Part shown: in pieces, positions 1 to 12,167 of the stretch | How the letters are laid out: every line of letters begins with the position of its first letter | Numbering within the stretch: position 1 is the stretch's first letter | NCBI RefSeq assembly: GCF_006345805.1 | Contig: NC_043006.1 | Location: 93,000,001-93,064,000, forward strand | Source: Octopus sinensis | Lineage: Eukaryota | DNA: 64,000 nt | Reading direction: 5' to 3' | Translations under genes and position numbers: made by a program | Notes under the pieces: generated by a model | Databases searched by the model: none | Seen by the model: only the letters and a program-made list of their open reading frames with translations | Told to the model about the DNA's origin: nothing

Positions 1-205
1 TAAGCAATGAATGACTGTGATGAACTGGTTACTATTATCTGGTTGAGGATGCTAACAATTATAGATGTAAATAGGGATTATCAATATAGTCAGACCTCTC
101 ACGTTTTGTACTCGTTTGGCGCACCTATGCGTTTACTATTTATTGTGAGAGTATTGATGAGCCATATTTTTTTTATCAATCTCTTACAACAAAATTATTT
201 AATTT

Positions 206-209
<4 letters not shown>

Positions 210-267
<58 letters not shown>

Positions 268-282
268 GATAGATAGATAGAT
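210..282. repeat. (TA)n/(GATA)n microsatellite
   Basis: Direct reading of the tandem repeat. Confidence 0.95.
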
Positions 283-1280
283 ATTGATATATATGAATGT
301 ATGTGCCCGCGTGCGTATGTGTGTATTCGCAAGTATATGCATGTGTGTATACATATATGTGTGTGGGTGGGTGTTTGTTTATACTATATAATCACTGTTC
401 GTTTTGGTTTCCAATTATTTTTGTCTTTTATTACCATTTTTACTTCTGACGTTGAAAGTATGTCTTGATATCAAACATGTGAAAAACATTGTGAATTCTT
501 TTAGTGCGAACTTTCTTTTTATGGCATAACAGTGAAAACACGGCTTGAAATGATTGGATAAGAAAGAAAATCACCATGAAATGTTGTATCGTTTCAGCTC
601 CATCTCTCTTGTTCGCTTCACCATCCATTCAATAAACAGACATATCGTCTGCTGTTATTGACAATTCTCCATGATTGTGTTTACAACATAAACCACCCAA
701 CTGCTGTAAATATTAACTCAGGTAAAAGCAATATTAAAATATTTCTCCACAGTGTTTTACGTGAAAATATTTTTGGTTCAGTTATGACGAACTTATAAAA
801 CTAGCACATTGGTTACACTTTCGCAAGATATCAATCATTTACTCATTCTATTTCAGAAGGTGATTTTTAGAGATGTTGTCTATTTTAATTGAGTATCAAA
901 AACATTTCGTTTGAATTCGCTTTACTGAATTTCTCTTCCATAATTGCGTATTTCCTATAAATAAGTTGCGCACACATATATATCACACTCGAATACGCGC
1001 TTATGTCTGTGTGTGGGTATATATTTTGTCTTTTAGTTTTACTGTTTCGGTCATTGAACCTCAAGCATGCTCGGACGTTCCCTTGAAGGATTTCGTAAAA
1101 CAAATTTATCCTCGTACTGATTATTTTAATGTTCCTTATTCAATCGGGATTTTATGCCGAATAATGCATAAAAAAACATTGCATCAGTTGACAAGAGGTG
1201 GTGGGAAACAATCTCAAACATACACACATACACACACCCGTGCGCGCACATTTATCTGTATATAAACAGATATATCCAAT

Positions 1281-1421
1281 GGGCTTTCACAGGGTTTCTT
1301 TCCATCAGATGCCTCATAAGACATGAGACAGCCCAAGAGATTACAGTAGAAGATACTTGCTCAATTGGACGCGAACACGAAACGATATGGTTGTCAAGCA
1401 TAATTATTAACTACACAGCCA
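1281..1421 (-). mobile_element. Diverged tRNA-derived SINE (octopus OK-like family), 5' part
   Basis: Matches other copies in the window (42567-42724, 5608-5770): TAGAAGATACTTGCTCAA...CATATGGTTG...CACAGCC. Confidence 0.6.
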
Positions 1422-1908
1422 ATATATAACTGTCTTTCACACATATTCCGTCAATGCATGTATATACCGCTGCGTATATCTAAAGAAATAAGCCGAAGAA
1501 GAAAAGGCTCATGGCTATCCACATGCTAGAGATAACAAACAATTTTCTATAAAGTCCAGACATGTTTTCAAGAGAACAAAGAAGCGCAAATGGCAAAACA
1601 TCTACAGAATTACAGTGTACGTTTAAAAGCAATAGGATCATTATATTCGGAACGTTTTCAATAAGCTGTATATTCACGGTGAACTGCAGTGGGGCGAAGC
1701 GTCAGCAATATTCATCTACTGAAATGAAGCCTTTTCGAAAAGAAAGGCCTACATCATTAAAATACAAATGTGGAGGTTAGAGAACTTCAACATTTTGAGA
1801 TGGAGGCCGTATACGCACAGACATAATTTGTATGTGCATATAGATACATTTGCGAGTATATATTCGTATATATGGGATAATGTAGATATACATATATGTA
1901 TGCATAAA

Positions 1909-2234
1909 TCTCTATATATAAAGCTGAAGGTTTGGTAGCCTTCAACTAACCCTATCTCCCCCGAGAACCTGCGGCGCAAGTTGACAAAAATTGAGAGTAT
2001 GATAGAAGAAAGCTTGCTCTTCATTCCGTAGAAGATGAAATTCAAATTGGACCATGTTAAGACCAAAAATTATTTACATCAAAAAGGTACTTTTTTTCTA
2101 TGAAAACCTCTATTTTTTACGATTTTTTTACTGCTGTGTCGCCATTTTTTCAGTGTATTTCAACCAGAAAAATGTTCACTTAAAGAGAATAACAAGCTAC
2201 ATAATGCCAAATTTTTACTTTTCAATACTGCTAG
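1909..2234 (+). mobile_element. Non-autonomous Helitron, internally deleted copy
   Basis: A|TCTCTATATATAAAG 5' end, CTAG|T 3' end, body homologous to 45665-46125. Confidence 0.75.
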
Positions 2235-2805
2235 TATTGTATAAGTGTGTGTTATGCTTGTATGTGCATATTACGTACACGTGTAGGATAAAAACTGTAC
2301 ATAATTATTCTAAACCTAAATGAACAATTGCAGTTTGTGTGCGTGTGTGTGTGTGTATAAGAAATTAAAATGATGTTGCCTTCACTGGATTAAATGTGAT
2401 ATCTTAAACTGTATGGAATGATATATACGTAAAAAAGACGTTTTCTTCAACTTAAATCATTTGTCGGTAGCTTCCGTTATTTAAACAGCAACATAATCTG
2501 TGAAAATATGAAATACCAATTCAACACTAACCAGTCTATACCCTGTGATAGCCTGCAAGTAAAACATACAATAATAGACACAAATGTACGGCGTACCAAC
2601 CTACAAACCTATCTCCATACGACAAACAATTTTACATTGAAGAGTATTTTACACTAAAGTGACGTAGCCATCATATAAGAACAAATTTACGGAAACACAT
2701 TATTACGAAATTGTCTTTTTATTCTCTCTTCATGTCCTTAATCCTTTAGTTCTGTCCTCTATGCCGTCATTTCATTAATGTAGACCCTTCTCATTTTCCC
2801 TATTT

Positions 2806-2861
2806 GTCTCTGATGACGGGATATTACATACTCCGGTATATCCCAGAAACAGCTGTAAGAC
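2806..2861 (+). ncRNA. Type I hammerhead ribozyme motif (PLE pseudo-LTR type)
   Basis: GTCT-CTGATGA-CGGGATAT[13 nt]ATATCCCA-GAAA-C[AGCT]G-TA-AGAC. Core intact, stems I, II and III can pair, GUA cleavage triplet. Confidence 0.8.
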
Positions 2862-2934
2862 TGAATTTTTTCCACTAATAATATATGACTTGAGATGTTT
2901 GCTTTGCCTTAACGTTTGTTGTCCTCTTTAACAA

Positions 2935-2935
2935 T

Positions 2936-2991
<56 letters not shown>

Positions 2992-3230
2992 CACACATAG
3001 ATGTGTGTGAGTGTGCATAGGCATTAATGTGTTTACGCATATATGTGCGTGTGCGTATGTGTGTGCATATATGCGTATATGCGCCGATATGTGCGTTTGG
3101 ATGTATGTTTATGTGTAAGTATATGTGTGTCTCTCTGTGCATCTCTATGGACGTACGGATGCATATATGCTTGTACGTACTTTCATGTATATCAATTTTC
3201 TTATCTTTATACCTTACAAATAAATATTTC
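2935..3230. repeat. (TA)n plus degenerate (GT/AT) microsatellite
   Basis: Direct reading. Confidence 0.9.
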
Positions 3231-3587
3231 ATTCTTACCTTATTTCTATTTAAATTTCCGCCATCACCGTTATTTAATTTATTCTTTTATCACTCTAATT
3301 CTATTTACTTATTCTATCTTATGTCCAAGTCAACCTGCAAACCCTTCCCCCGAACACATAAAAATACAAACTATAAACATTATCATTCATTCTGCTATAA
3401 ACGCATATAAAACATCCAAGGGGATATTTTATCCCCCTGAAGATATTATGCTCAGGGCATATGAATTTAATTAGATTCACTAAGAATTAACTGAAGCATC
3501 TGAAATTGATGATGATTGAGTCGTTGTTAATAAACAATTATTAACTTCCCATTCCCCGTTTTCTTCTTTTATATGAATATAAGCTAC

Positions 3588-3596
3588 ATATATATA

Positions 3597-3646
<50 letters not shown>

Positions 3647-3668
3647 TATATATGTATATATATATACC
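3588..3668. repeat. (TA)n microsatellite
   Basis: Direct reading. Confidence 0.95.
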
Positions 3669-3872
3669 TATTATTTTAAGGAAATTAATTCCCACAAAAT
3701 ATTTAGTATTCAACCAGTTTTTCCTTGGATGAAACCATTCATTCATGAGGTTAACACGACTAGTTTTATATAAGGGATGTATACATTACAGTCAGTTATA
3801 TGTCGGTGAATCTTTCCATCACTGTTTTAACTCCGTCGCGTTTCTGCGCTCGGTTATACAAACGAAAGCAAA

Positions 3873-3917
3873 ATGCAGTGCGTGTGTTGGCTTTTATTTG
3901 TGACTAGGTTTTCGCAT
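3873..3917 (+). CDS. Candidate first coding exon (MQCVCWLLFVTRFSH), unverified
   Basis: TCAGTT Inr-like motif at 3792, CpG-rich leader, GCAAAATG start context, 15 open codons, then GTAAGT donor at 3918. Confidence 0.25.
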
Positions 3918-4931
3918 GTAAGTATGAACAGAAAAATATATGCATTCTTAGAGTGCGCACTTTGTTCTTATGTTTGTTGTTTAATTAACTTTCATAATGA
4001 GTAATCATTTGACTTTAAGCCACCATGTTTAACGTGAATAACACCACATTTCCAATGTATGCAATGTCCTTGGAATTTTTAATTAATCGTCCACCGAACA
4101 TTGAAACGGATTTTAACATTTCAATAGCATTGTACTCGTTAGATTTGAACAACTTTTTTCAGATATTTATTCGCTCGAAATATCCGTCAACGTTCTTGGA
4201 GAAATTAATAACATTTATTTCTCTATTAATTTTTATTTTCACAATTCTGTTATAGTATTAAAACTGAAATAAATGATATCAGGTGCAAACGCAGTTTAAT
4301 TTGAAAGCGTTGTTTTACCGTAATAAAATAAATTTGTATCGTTACACGAAAGCTAAATCATAAAGCGATGTTTTTATAGAGTTAAAACATAAAATTCATT
4401 TAAAAGGATTATAAACATCATATTTTATCCAATAATGCGAGGTCAATGTTTAAGCATATGTGGCGTGGCAAGTAACGATTTAAATAAAATTTCAAATTAT
4501 TCTTTGGATTAACGAGTTAGGAATATTTTAGATAAGAAGTTAAATGTTTAATTTCTGGAACTATTAAGTTCGCTTGGGTTTATTGGCAGAGCGATTTGTA
4601 TATCTCTCCCACTCTGTTTTTCGCTCATTCTTTCTTCCCCGTTCGCTCTCATTTTTTCTCTCTATCTGACGTTTTGCATGTCTCCTTTTCGAGAAGTTGT
4701 AAAATTTGTTTTGGGAGAAATTATATTTTCTCTCTATTTTAGATTACAATTACAAGTTTATTTTTGCATTTAAAGCATGAGGTATGAAAGAAATATTATA
4801 TTTCAGTTAATGAAAACGATGAATATGAAGACGGATCCCTTTATGAACACATTACGCTGCAATTGAAAGCGGATTTATATATGGTTTACCTCATATTTTT
4901 TTCTCTTATCCTTTAATTTTACCCGTCATTA

Positions 4932-4934
<3 letters not shown>

Positions 4935-4988
<54 letters not shown>
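4935..4988. repeat. (GT)n microsatellite
   Basis: Direct reading. Confidence 0.95.
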
Positions 4989-4991
<3 letters not shown>

Positions 4992-5280
4992 AAAATAGGA
5001 GATTGGAAACTTTTGACATTAATTACTTAATTACTTGTTTTATGGGAGATGTCGCAAAATTGTACGGGAAAGAGAAATTCTTCAGACAGAGAATCAAATA
5101 ATACATTTACTTCTGTAGGAAACTTTTATTCATAGTAACCAGAATTCCTATAAACAGTTAGAGGAGGATAAAGAACAATACTAATAATGTAGAAAAGAGA
5201 GAGTTAAAAGATAGTGAACACAGACATTCGTGACATTTTTCTATTCACTTCAATTTTTACACCGCCCCACACACACACAG

Positions 5281-5584
5281 GCACTCCGTCGGTTACGACG
5301 AAGAGGGTTCCAGTTGATCCAATCAAAGGAACAGCCTGCTCGGGAAATTAACGAGTAAGTAGTTGACCATTTCCCAAACACGTGTACCTTTTATGTACTT
5401 GTCAAGGAGATTCAGCATCACACAGAATCTGACAAGGCTAGGTCTTAAAAATATAGGTACAACTCATTTTTGCCATCTGAAATAAAATGTCTTGCGCGAA
5501 GACACAAGGTGTCGCCAGGAATTGAACTCACAGCTTTACGTTCGTAAGCCAGACATCCTAACCACTAAGTCACGAGCCTTCTCC
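5281..5584 (-). mobile_element. tRNA-derived SINE (second octopus family), near full length
   Basis: Minus-strand head with A box (GGCTCGTGACTTAGTGGTTAG) and B box (GAGTTCAATTCC). Body shared with 8440-8592 and 62063-62318. Confidence 0.8.
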
Positions 5585-5607
5585 ATTATGTATGTATGTA
5601 GAGAGAA

Positions 5608-5770
5608 CGTGCGTCCACAGTTTCTGTCATCCACCCAAATTCACTGACAGTGTATTTATCAACCCGGCGCTTTAATAGAAGACACCTGACCAAAGTGCCG
5701 CGTAGTAGGACAGACTGGAAACCACTTGGTTGGGAACTGAACGTCATATCCATGCAGCCATGCCTTCGCC
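5608..5770 (-). mobile_element. OK-like tRNA SINE, 5' part
   Basis: TAATAGAAGACACCTGACCAAAGTGCCGCG...GGTTGGGAAC...CAGCCATGCC, homologous to 42567-42724. Confidence 0.7.
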
Positions 5771-6520
5771 TAAATAATACGTTTCGGGAAACCATTTTAC
5801 TACACGAAATTCTATTATATGTTCTATCTTAGTAATACAAATACACACATATGTATGTATGTATGCATTGATGTGTGTGTTTGTGTGCGTGAGTGTTGAT
5901 TGAGTGTGATGTGTATGTGGGTGTGTAGAACTGTCTCAAATTACCATTTTCCAATCGCGTGCATAACATTGTACAGAATTAAGAATGATTAAAAATGAAT
6001 TTGTAATAATAAGAGGAAAGTCGGTGAGAGGAAGAAAAATAACATCATGAGAATAGAAGTTGAGAGAGTTTTACCCAAGAGAAGAAGGGGCCAAAACGAA
6101 TTTCAAAACTTCAGAATTAATTAAAACCTCTCATGGTTATTGGTAATTAACGATTCAATATGAAATAATAATATTTAACCAAAACGTAATTTAGATGTCC
6201 TCGTAGAATACCAACATTTTGAGAACAAGATAAAAGGTAGCGCTAAAATTATGACTATCAAATAATTTAAGAATCATCTTGAACACAACAATCACGCGCG
6301 TTCCGGCCTATGAATTGGTATCGACGATCGCCAGATCATTATTCCTAACTTCTGCATCAGGCGAATTCTAACATTATCATAATACTGATTCTATCATTTC
6401 GTTCTCTTTAAAATAGATTTCCTGACCGGCTGAAATATATACGCTTCCTTGCCAGTAGATGTTTAAACTGAAACACTTGTAATACAGACGTACGTAGATA
6501 TACCTATTTCGTTGGTCTAT

Positions 6521-6590
6521 CTTCTTTTTTCTTGTTTTACTTGTTTCATTCATTGGACTGCGACCATGCAGAGCACCGCTTTGAAGTGTT
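6521..6590 (-). mobile_element. SINE 3' tail fragment
   Basis: TTTTACTTGTTTCATTCATTGGACTGCGACCATGC; the same tail occurs at 41791, near 44410 and at the window end. Confidence 0.65.
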
Positions 6591-6750
6591 TAGAAGAACA
6601 AATCGTCCGCAGAAGTAGTTTTCAAGTCTCATGCGTATGCTGTCGTTTTCTTGGCCATTCTGTAAAGCAAGAGGGACGTAAATATAAAAAGAAACATCAA
6701 TTGCCATATGACAGGGAGGAAGACAAACACAAGACACATACATAAGTGAC

Positions 6751-6751
<1 letters not shown>

Positions 6752-6826
<75 letters not shown>
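6752..6826. repeat. (TA)n microsatellite
   Basis: Direct reading. Confidence 0.95.
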
Positions 6827-6828
<2 letters not shown>

Positions 6829-6880
6829 GAATACACATTCTCACAGACACACATTCATATATATATATACATATATATAT

Positions 6881-7090
6881 ATCAAAATAAGCAAAAGGAT
6901 ATCCAGAGGTAATGCAGTACGATCGTTTCATGCGACTCCATTTAATTGACAATGCAAATCTTACGTCAATTTAAAATATAGAGCAATCTTCATTTTAAAT
7001 TGATGCAATGTTTCCATTGTTCAATTAAATGGAGTCGCATGAAACGATCGTACTACATTGTCTCTGGATATCCGTGTTGCTTATTTTGAT
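6881..7090. repeat. Fold-back inverted repeat (about 75 bp arms), MITE-like
   Basis: 6881-6954 is the near reverse complement of 7015-7090; the spacer has its own TCAATTTAAAAT/ATTTTAAATTGA inverted repeat. Confidence 0.9.
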
Positions 7091-7172
7091 TTTAATCACC
7101 CAATTTTGAATTATATGGATAATATCATACTTAATTCTGGTGCCTTTAACTGAAGTACCACATTCATCTGAA

Positions 7173-7218
<46 letters not shown>

Positions 7219-8077
7219 ATGCTTTCATGGAGTTTCCATCTAACAAACTCACTCATGATCCATTGGTCAGCCAATGGTAGTAAGTATTAGCTGTTCAAAA
7301 AGGCGGTTTTGAAGCCTGAATGTAAAGAGACGTAACACGCTGGTTTGCCCTGATTTTGCCAATGTTTTGTTCAAATACAGTATCAGGCACTAAACTTCTA
7401 CTCCTATATTCTTACAGATTATATTCGACCAAAGAGAATATGATATAGAAACCTAATGGCTTCCAGCTTTAGGTGAAAAGGCCTCAATTCGTAATTTAAT
7501 TATACATTTAAATTAAGGGTTGATTACACAAAATTTTATTGAATATTAAAAAAGGTGCTGTCAGTAGGCGAGAGATAGATGGAAATATATTCCTTTTGTA
7601 TCACAGGCTACAGCTATTGACATATTTTTGATGCAGTCTTGAACGATGCCCGTCCAGGTTATAGAAGCATTATAAACGAAATAATACTGGCGTTATGGAG
7701 ATTTTAAACTATACATATATATTAACTTCATCAAAAATATTTAATAAAAATTATTATGAATACGAAGAGATACGATTTTCCAATAAACAAAGCAACAAGC
7801 GTATTTTGTGAACAGAAATTGTTTAATTTGCCTGTTACAAAGTATTAAAAACATGAGAAATCTTTATGGCCCCATAAGGAAACAAATTCTATGGAACGTA
7901 TCGATAAAATTTCTTCTCTGGAGGCGTTTTAATACTCGGTTACTGCAGCTCAGCTTGGATATTTTAAGCGCATATTTTGCAAGATTCATATGTTTAAAAT
8001 CTATATATGATTATATAAATGTACTTCCCCCCACACACACACAAGATACACACGCACATACACTACTACACTAAAAC

Positions 8078-8080
8078 TAC

Positions 8081-8114
<34 letters not shown>
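8078..8114. repeat. (TAG)n microsatellite
   Basis: Direct reading. Confidence 0.95.
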
Positions 8115-8115
<1 letters not shown>

Positions 8116-8356
8116 TGGGAGATATGTGGAAATATATGGACAACGGACAAAGTCGTTGCTGGGGCGCTTGGTGCTGTGAGCACCTGAATTAAAAACTCCA
8201 GGGACAGCATTACACTTACAGAAAACAATATTCCTGGAACTACTGCAGTACTTCGAAAAGTGCTTAAAATTTGAAGGTGCCACTAGTTGCGAGCAGCAGC
8301 ATCGGTATTACACCGGCAGGTACAAAATGCTGAGAGAGAAATGGTATGATAATAAT
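8115..8356 (+). mobile_element. 3' end of a diverged R4/Dong-type LINE
   Basis: Translates as KVVAGALGAVS*...GTTAVLRKVLKI*, the C-terminal motif pattern of RLE LINEs (compare PVVIGALG...GTAHILRKIL at 30395-30874); ends in ATAATAATA. Confidence 0.65.
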
Positions 8357-8439
8357 AGTTGGGCCATTGGTATTAGTGTCAGAAAGCATCAACAGAATTA
8401 TAAATCAAATTGGGATACCGCGTCTAGCTGTACTCATTC

Positions 8440-8592
8440 ACCAAAACTTTCTCTCACTCTTTCTTCCTGTTTCTGTTGTACCTGTATTTCAAAGGGCCAG
8501 CCTTGTTACACTCGGTGTCACACTGAATGTCCGAGAAATACGTTAAGGGTACACGTGTCTGTGGAGTGCTCAGCCACTTGCACGTTAATAAA
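8440..8592 (+). mobile_element. SINE body fragment
   Basis: AAGGGTACACGTGTCTGTGGAGTGCTCAGCCACTTGCACGTTAA is the reverse-complement homolog of part of 5281-5584. Confidence 0.65.
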
Positions 8593-8603
8593 TGAGCTGA
8601 GAC

Positions 8604-8785
8604 GTCACTGGTGCCAAGCTGTATCGGCCCTTGGACAACATCGGTGGCGTGCGGATGGTTGGCTTGTATGTATGGGCGACTGCTGGACTTCCATAAACAA
8701 CCTTGCCCAGACTTGTGCCTCGGACGGTAGTTTTCTAGGTGCAATCCCATGGTCATTCATGACCCAAGGGGATCACAACAACAAT
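8604..8785 (+). mobile_element. RTE-type 3' tail repeat
   Basis: Ends GTGCAATCCCATGGTCATTCATGACCCAAGGGGATCACAACAAC, similar to the reverse complement of 27982-28045. RTE assignment is from recall. Confidence 0.45.
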
Positions 8786-9105
8786 GGTAAAGACGAAGAA
8801 TTCTAATGTAATATATATTTTATTGGTTAAACGATATTTCAACAGTAAGTCTGTCTTTGTCAACTTCAAAATAAGAAATGATAAAAATTGAAAATTATAT
8901 AAATTTAAATTTAAATCATGAACGAGAGCAACCAGAGTCCACACGTTGATGGAATTATACCGTTAGTATTTAAGGTTCAATTTTATAACAGGTGAAAAGA
9001 AAAAGGCAGAAAAAAGACAAAAAAGAGGAAAGAATAAAAGAAAAACGAAACGAAGAATATATAATCAGAAAGTTTTGTATAAATTTGATGACGTTCTCCT
9101 GTCAT

Positions 9106-9498
9106 TTAAGTCATTTCTCCAGGGCGCGATGTTAATAACCCGCAAGCATATTTCTCCTCATGCATTTTGAGGAGTGAAAGTAAAGTAGATTCAGAATATT
9201 TTCTGAGAATATGCACTTTGGAGTCTTCTTCATAGTTGTAGCCGTTTGAAATGAAACGATCGGCTAGTTCAGTCGAACTACTGTTATTGTGCCTGTTGTC
9301 GAATCTGTGTCCATGTAACATTTTGTTTAATTGTTCTGTTGTACAACAAACATAAATTAAGTTGTGCTTCGTGCATTCTGCAGCGTACACCAAATGGGAA
9401 TCTTTACATATCCCAACTTCTGTATAAATCATAACATTTCTGTACCTTGAAAAACAACCACAAAGAGAGATAAACCTTCCTTCATTGTGCAACAACAT
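9106..9498 (-). mobile_element. Penelope-like element GIY-YIG endonuclease remnant
   Basis: LVYAAECTKHNLIYVCCTTEQLNKMLHGHR and HEEKYACGLLTSRPGEM match the PLE GIY-YIG layout (VY.I.C...YVG.T...L..R..GHR; E..WI..L.T..P.G.N). Confidence 0.7.
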
Positions 9499-9664
9499 GA
9501 GTCAAGTGAATTCCATCAGAAATCATAATAGAAATGTTTGAAATTGACAAAGAAAGTTTACTGTTGAAATATCGTTCAAACAACAAAATATCTATTACAA
9601 TTGAATCGCGCTCTTTGTCTTGACTGTCTGCCTTTGTGAAGAGTTACGTCAATCTTTTTTCTAA

Positions 9665-9717
<53 letters not shown>
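9665..9717. repeat. (AAT)n tract, 5' flank of Dong fragment
   Basis: Direct reading. Confidence 0.95.
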
Positions 9718-11350
<1,633 letters not shown>

Positions 11351-11401
11351 GTTGTTTTCCTATGTTGTGCTTGTTCTTCGTATTTTTTGGGGGGGTGGGG
11401 T

Positions 11402-11435
<34 letters not shown>

Positions 11436-11440
<5 letters not shown>

Positions 11441-11531
11441 ATAACAATTCAGGGGATCTGAGAGAGGAATATATTTATTAGCCACCATTCATCTTTCCGA
11501 CTATGGCCGTTTAGCAGCCTTCGTCGTGTAA
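11436..11531. repeat. 96 bp direct repeat, copy 1 (PLE pLTR-like)
   Basis: Near identical to 12072-12167; both follow (TA)n. Confidence 0.9.
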
Positions 11532-12071
11532 TAACTTCAGTATATAGTGCATTATTTTATGCGTCTGCATTAATATTCAGGCTGCGCATAATAAAGCACA
11601 ATTATATGAATACAAATCAGTACAGATAAGAGAGTTGATTCATCATCTGATAAAGTGAGCCACAATAGATGTAATGTATTTGATGTAACTACGATGTTCT
11701 AGTGATCTTATGAGCTAGCTTCAAAACTAGGTAACTGCAGGCCACATGCATCTTGTCTCATCCCATACTTTCTCTTTCCGCTGCTGCTTCTACACTGTTT
11801 TGCTAGACAGGCACTACAAAAGCACCTTTGATGCGTTCCTTGTGACTTGAGTCTCTCTCTATAGAGGAACTGCATTTCCCTCCCTTATCATCTGGAATCC
11901 CTACAACAACATGAAGACTTTATATCATTCAAAGTATGGATTATTTTGAGTTCATCAGTGCAAGCACGCACATAGGAACACACACACACACACACACACG
12001 ATTGCTATTCATTTGGTTAGTTTGCCCATTTTATAATGCTTTAAAATTGAATTATATATATATATATATAT

Positions 12072-12167
12072 AAATCATAACAATTCAGGGAATCTGAGAG
12101 AGGAATATATTTATTAGCCACCATTCATCTTTCGGACTATGGCCATTTAGCAGCCTTCATCATGTAA
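12072..12167. repeat. 96 bp direct repeat, copy 2
   Basis: Near identical to 11436-11531. Confidence 0.9.

Noticed and set aside
5500-5584. tRNA-like A/B box sequences here and at 53140-53211
   Set aside because: They continue into SINE bodies and lack a complete cloverleaf, so they are SINE heads, not tRNA genes.
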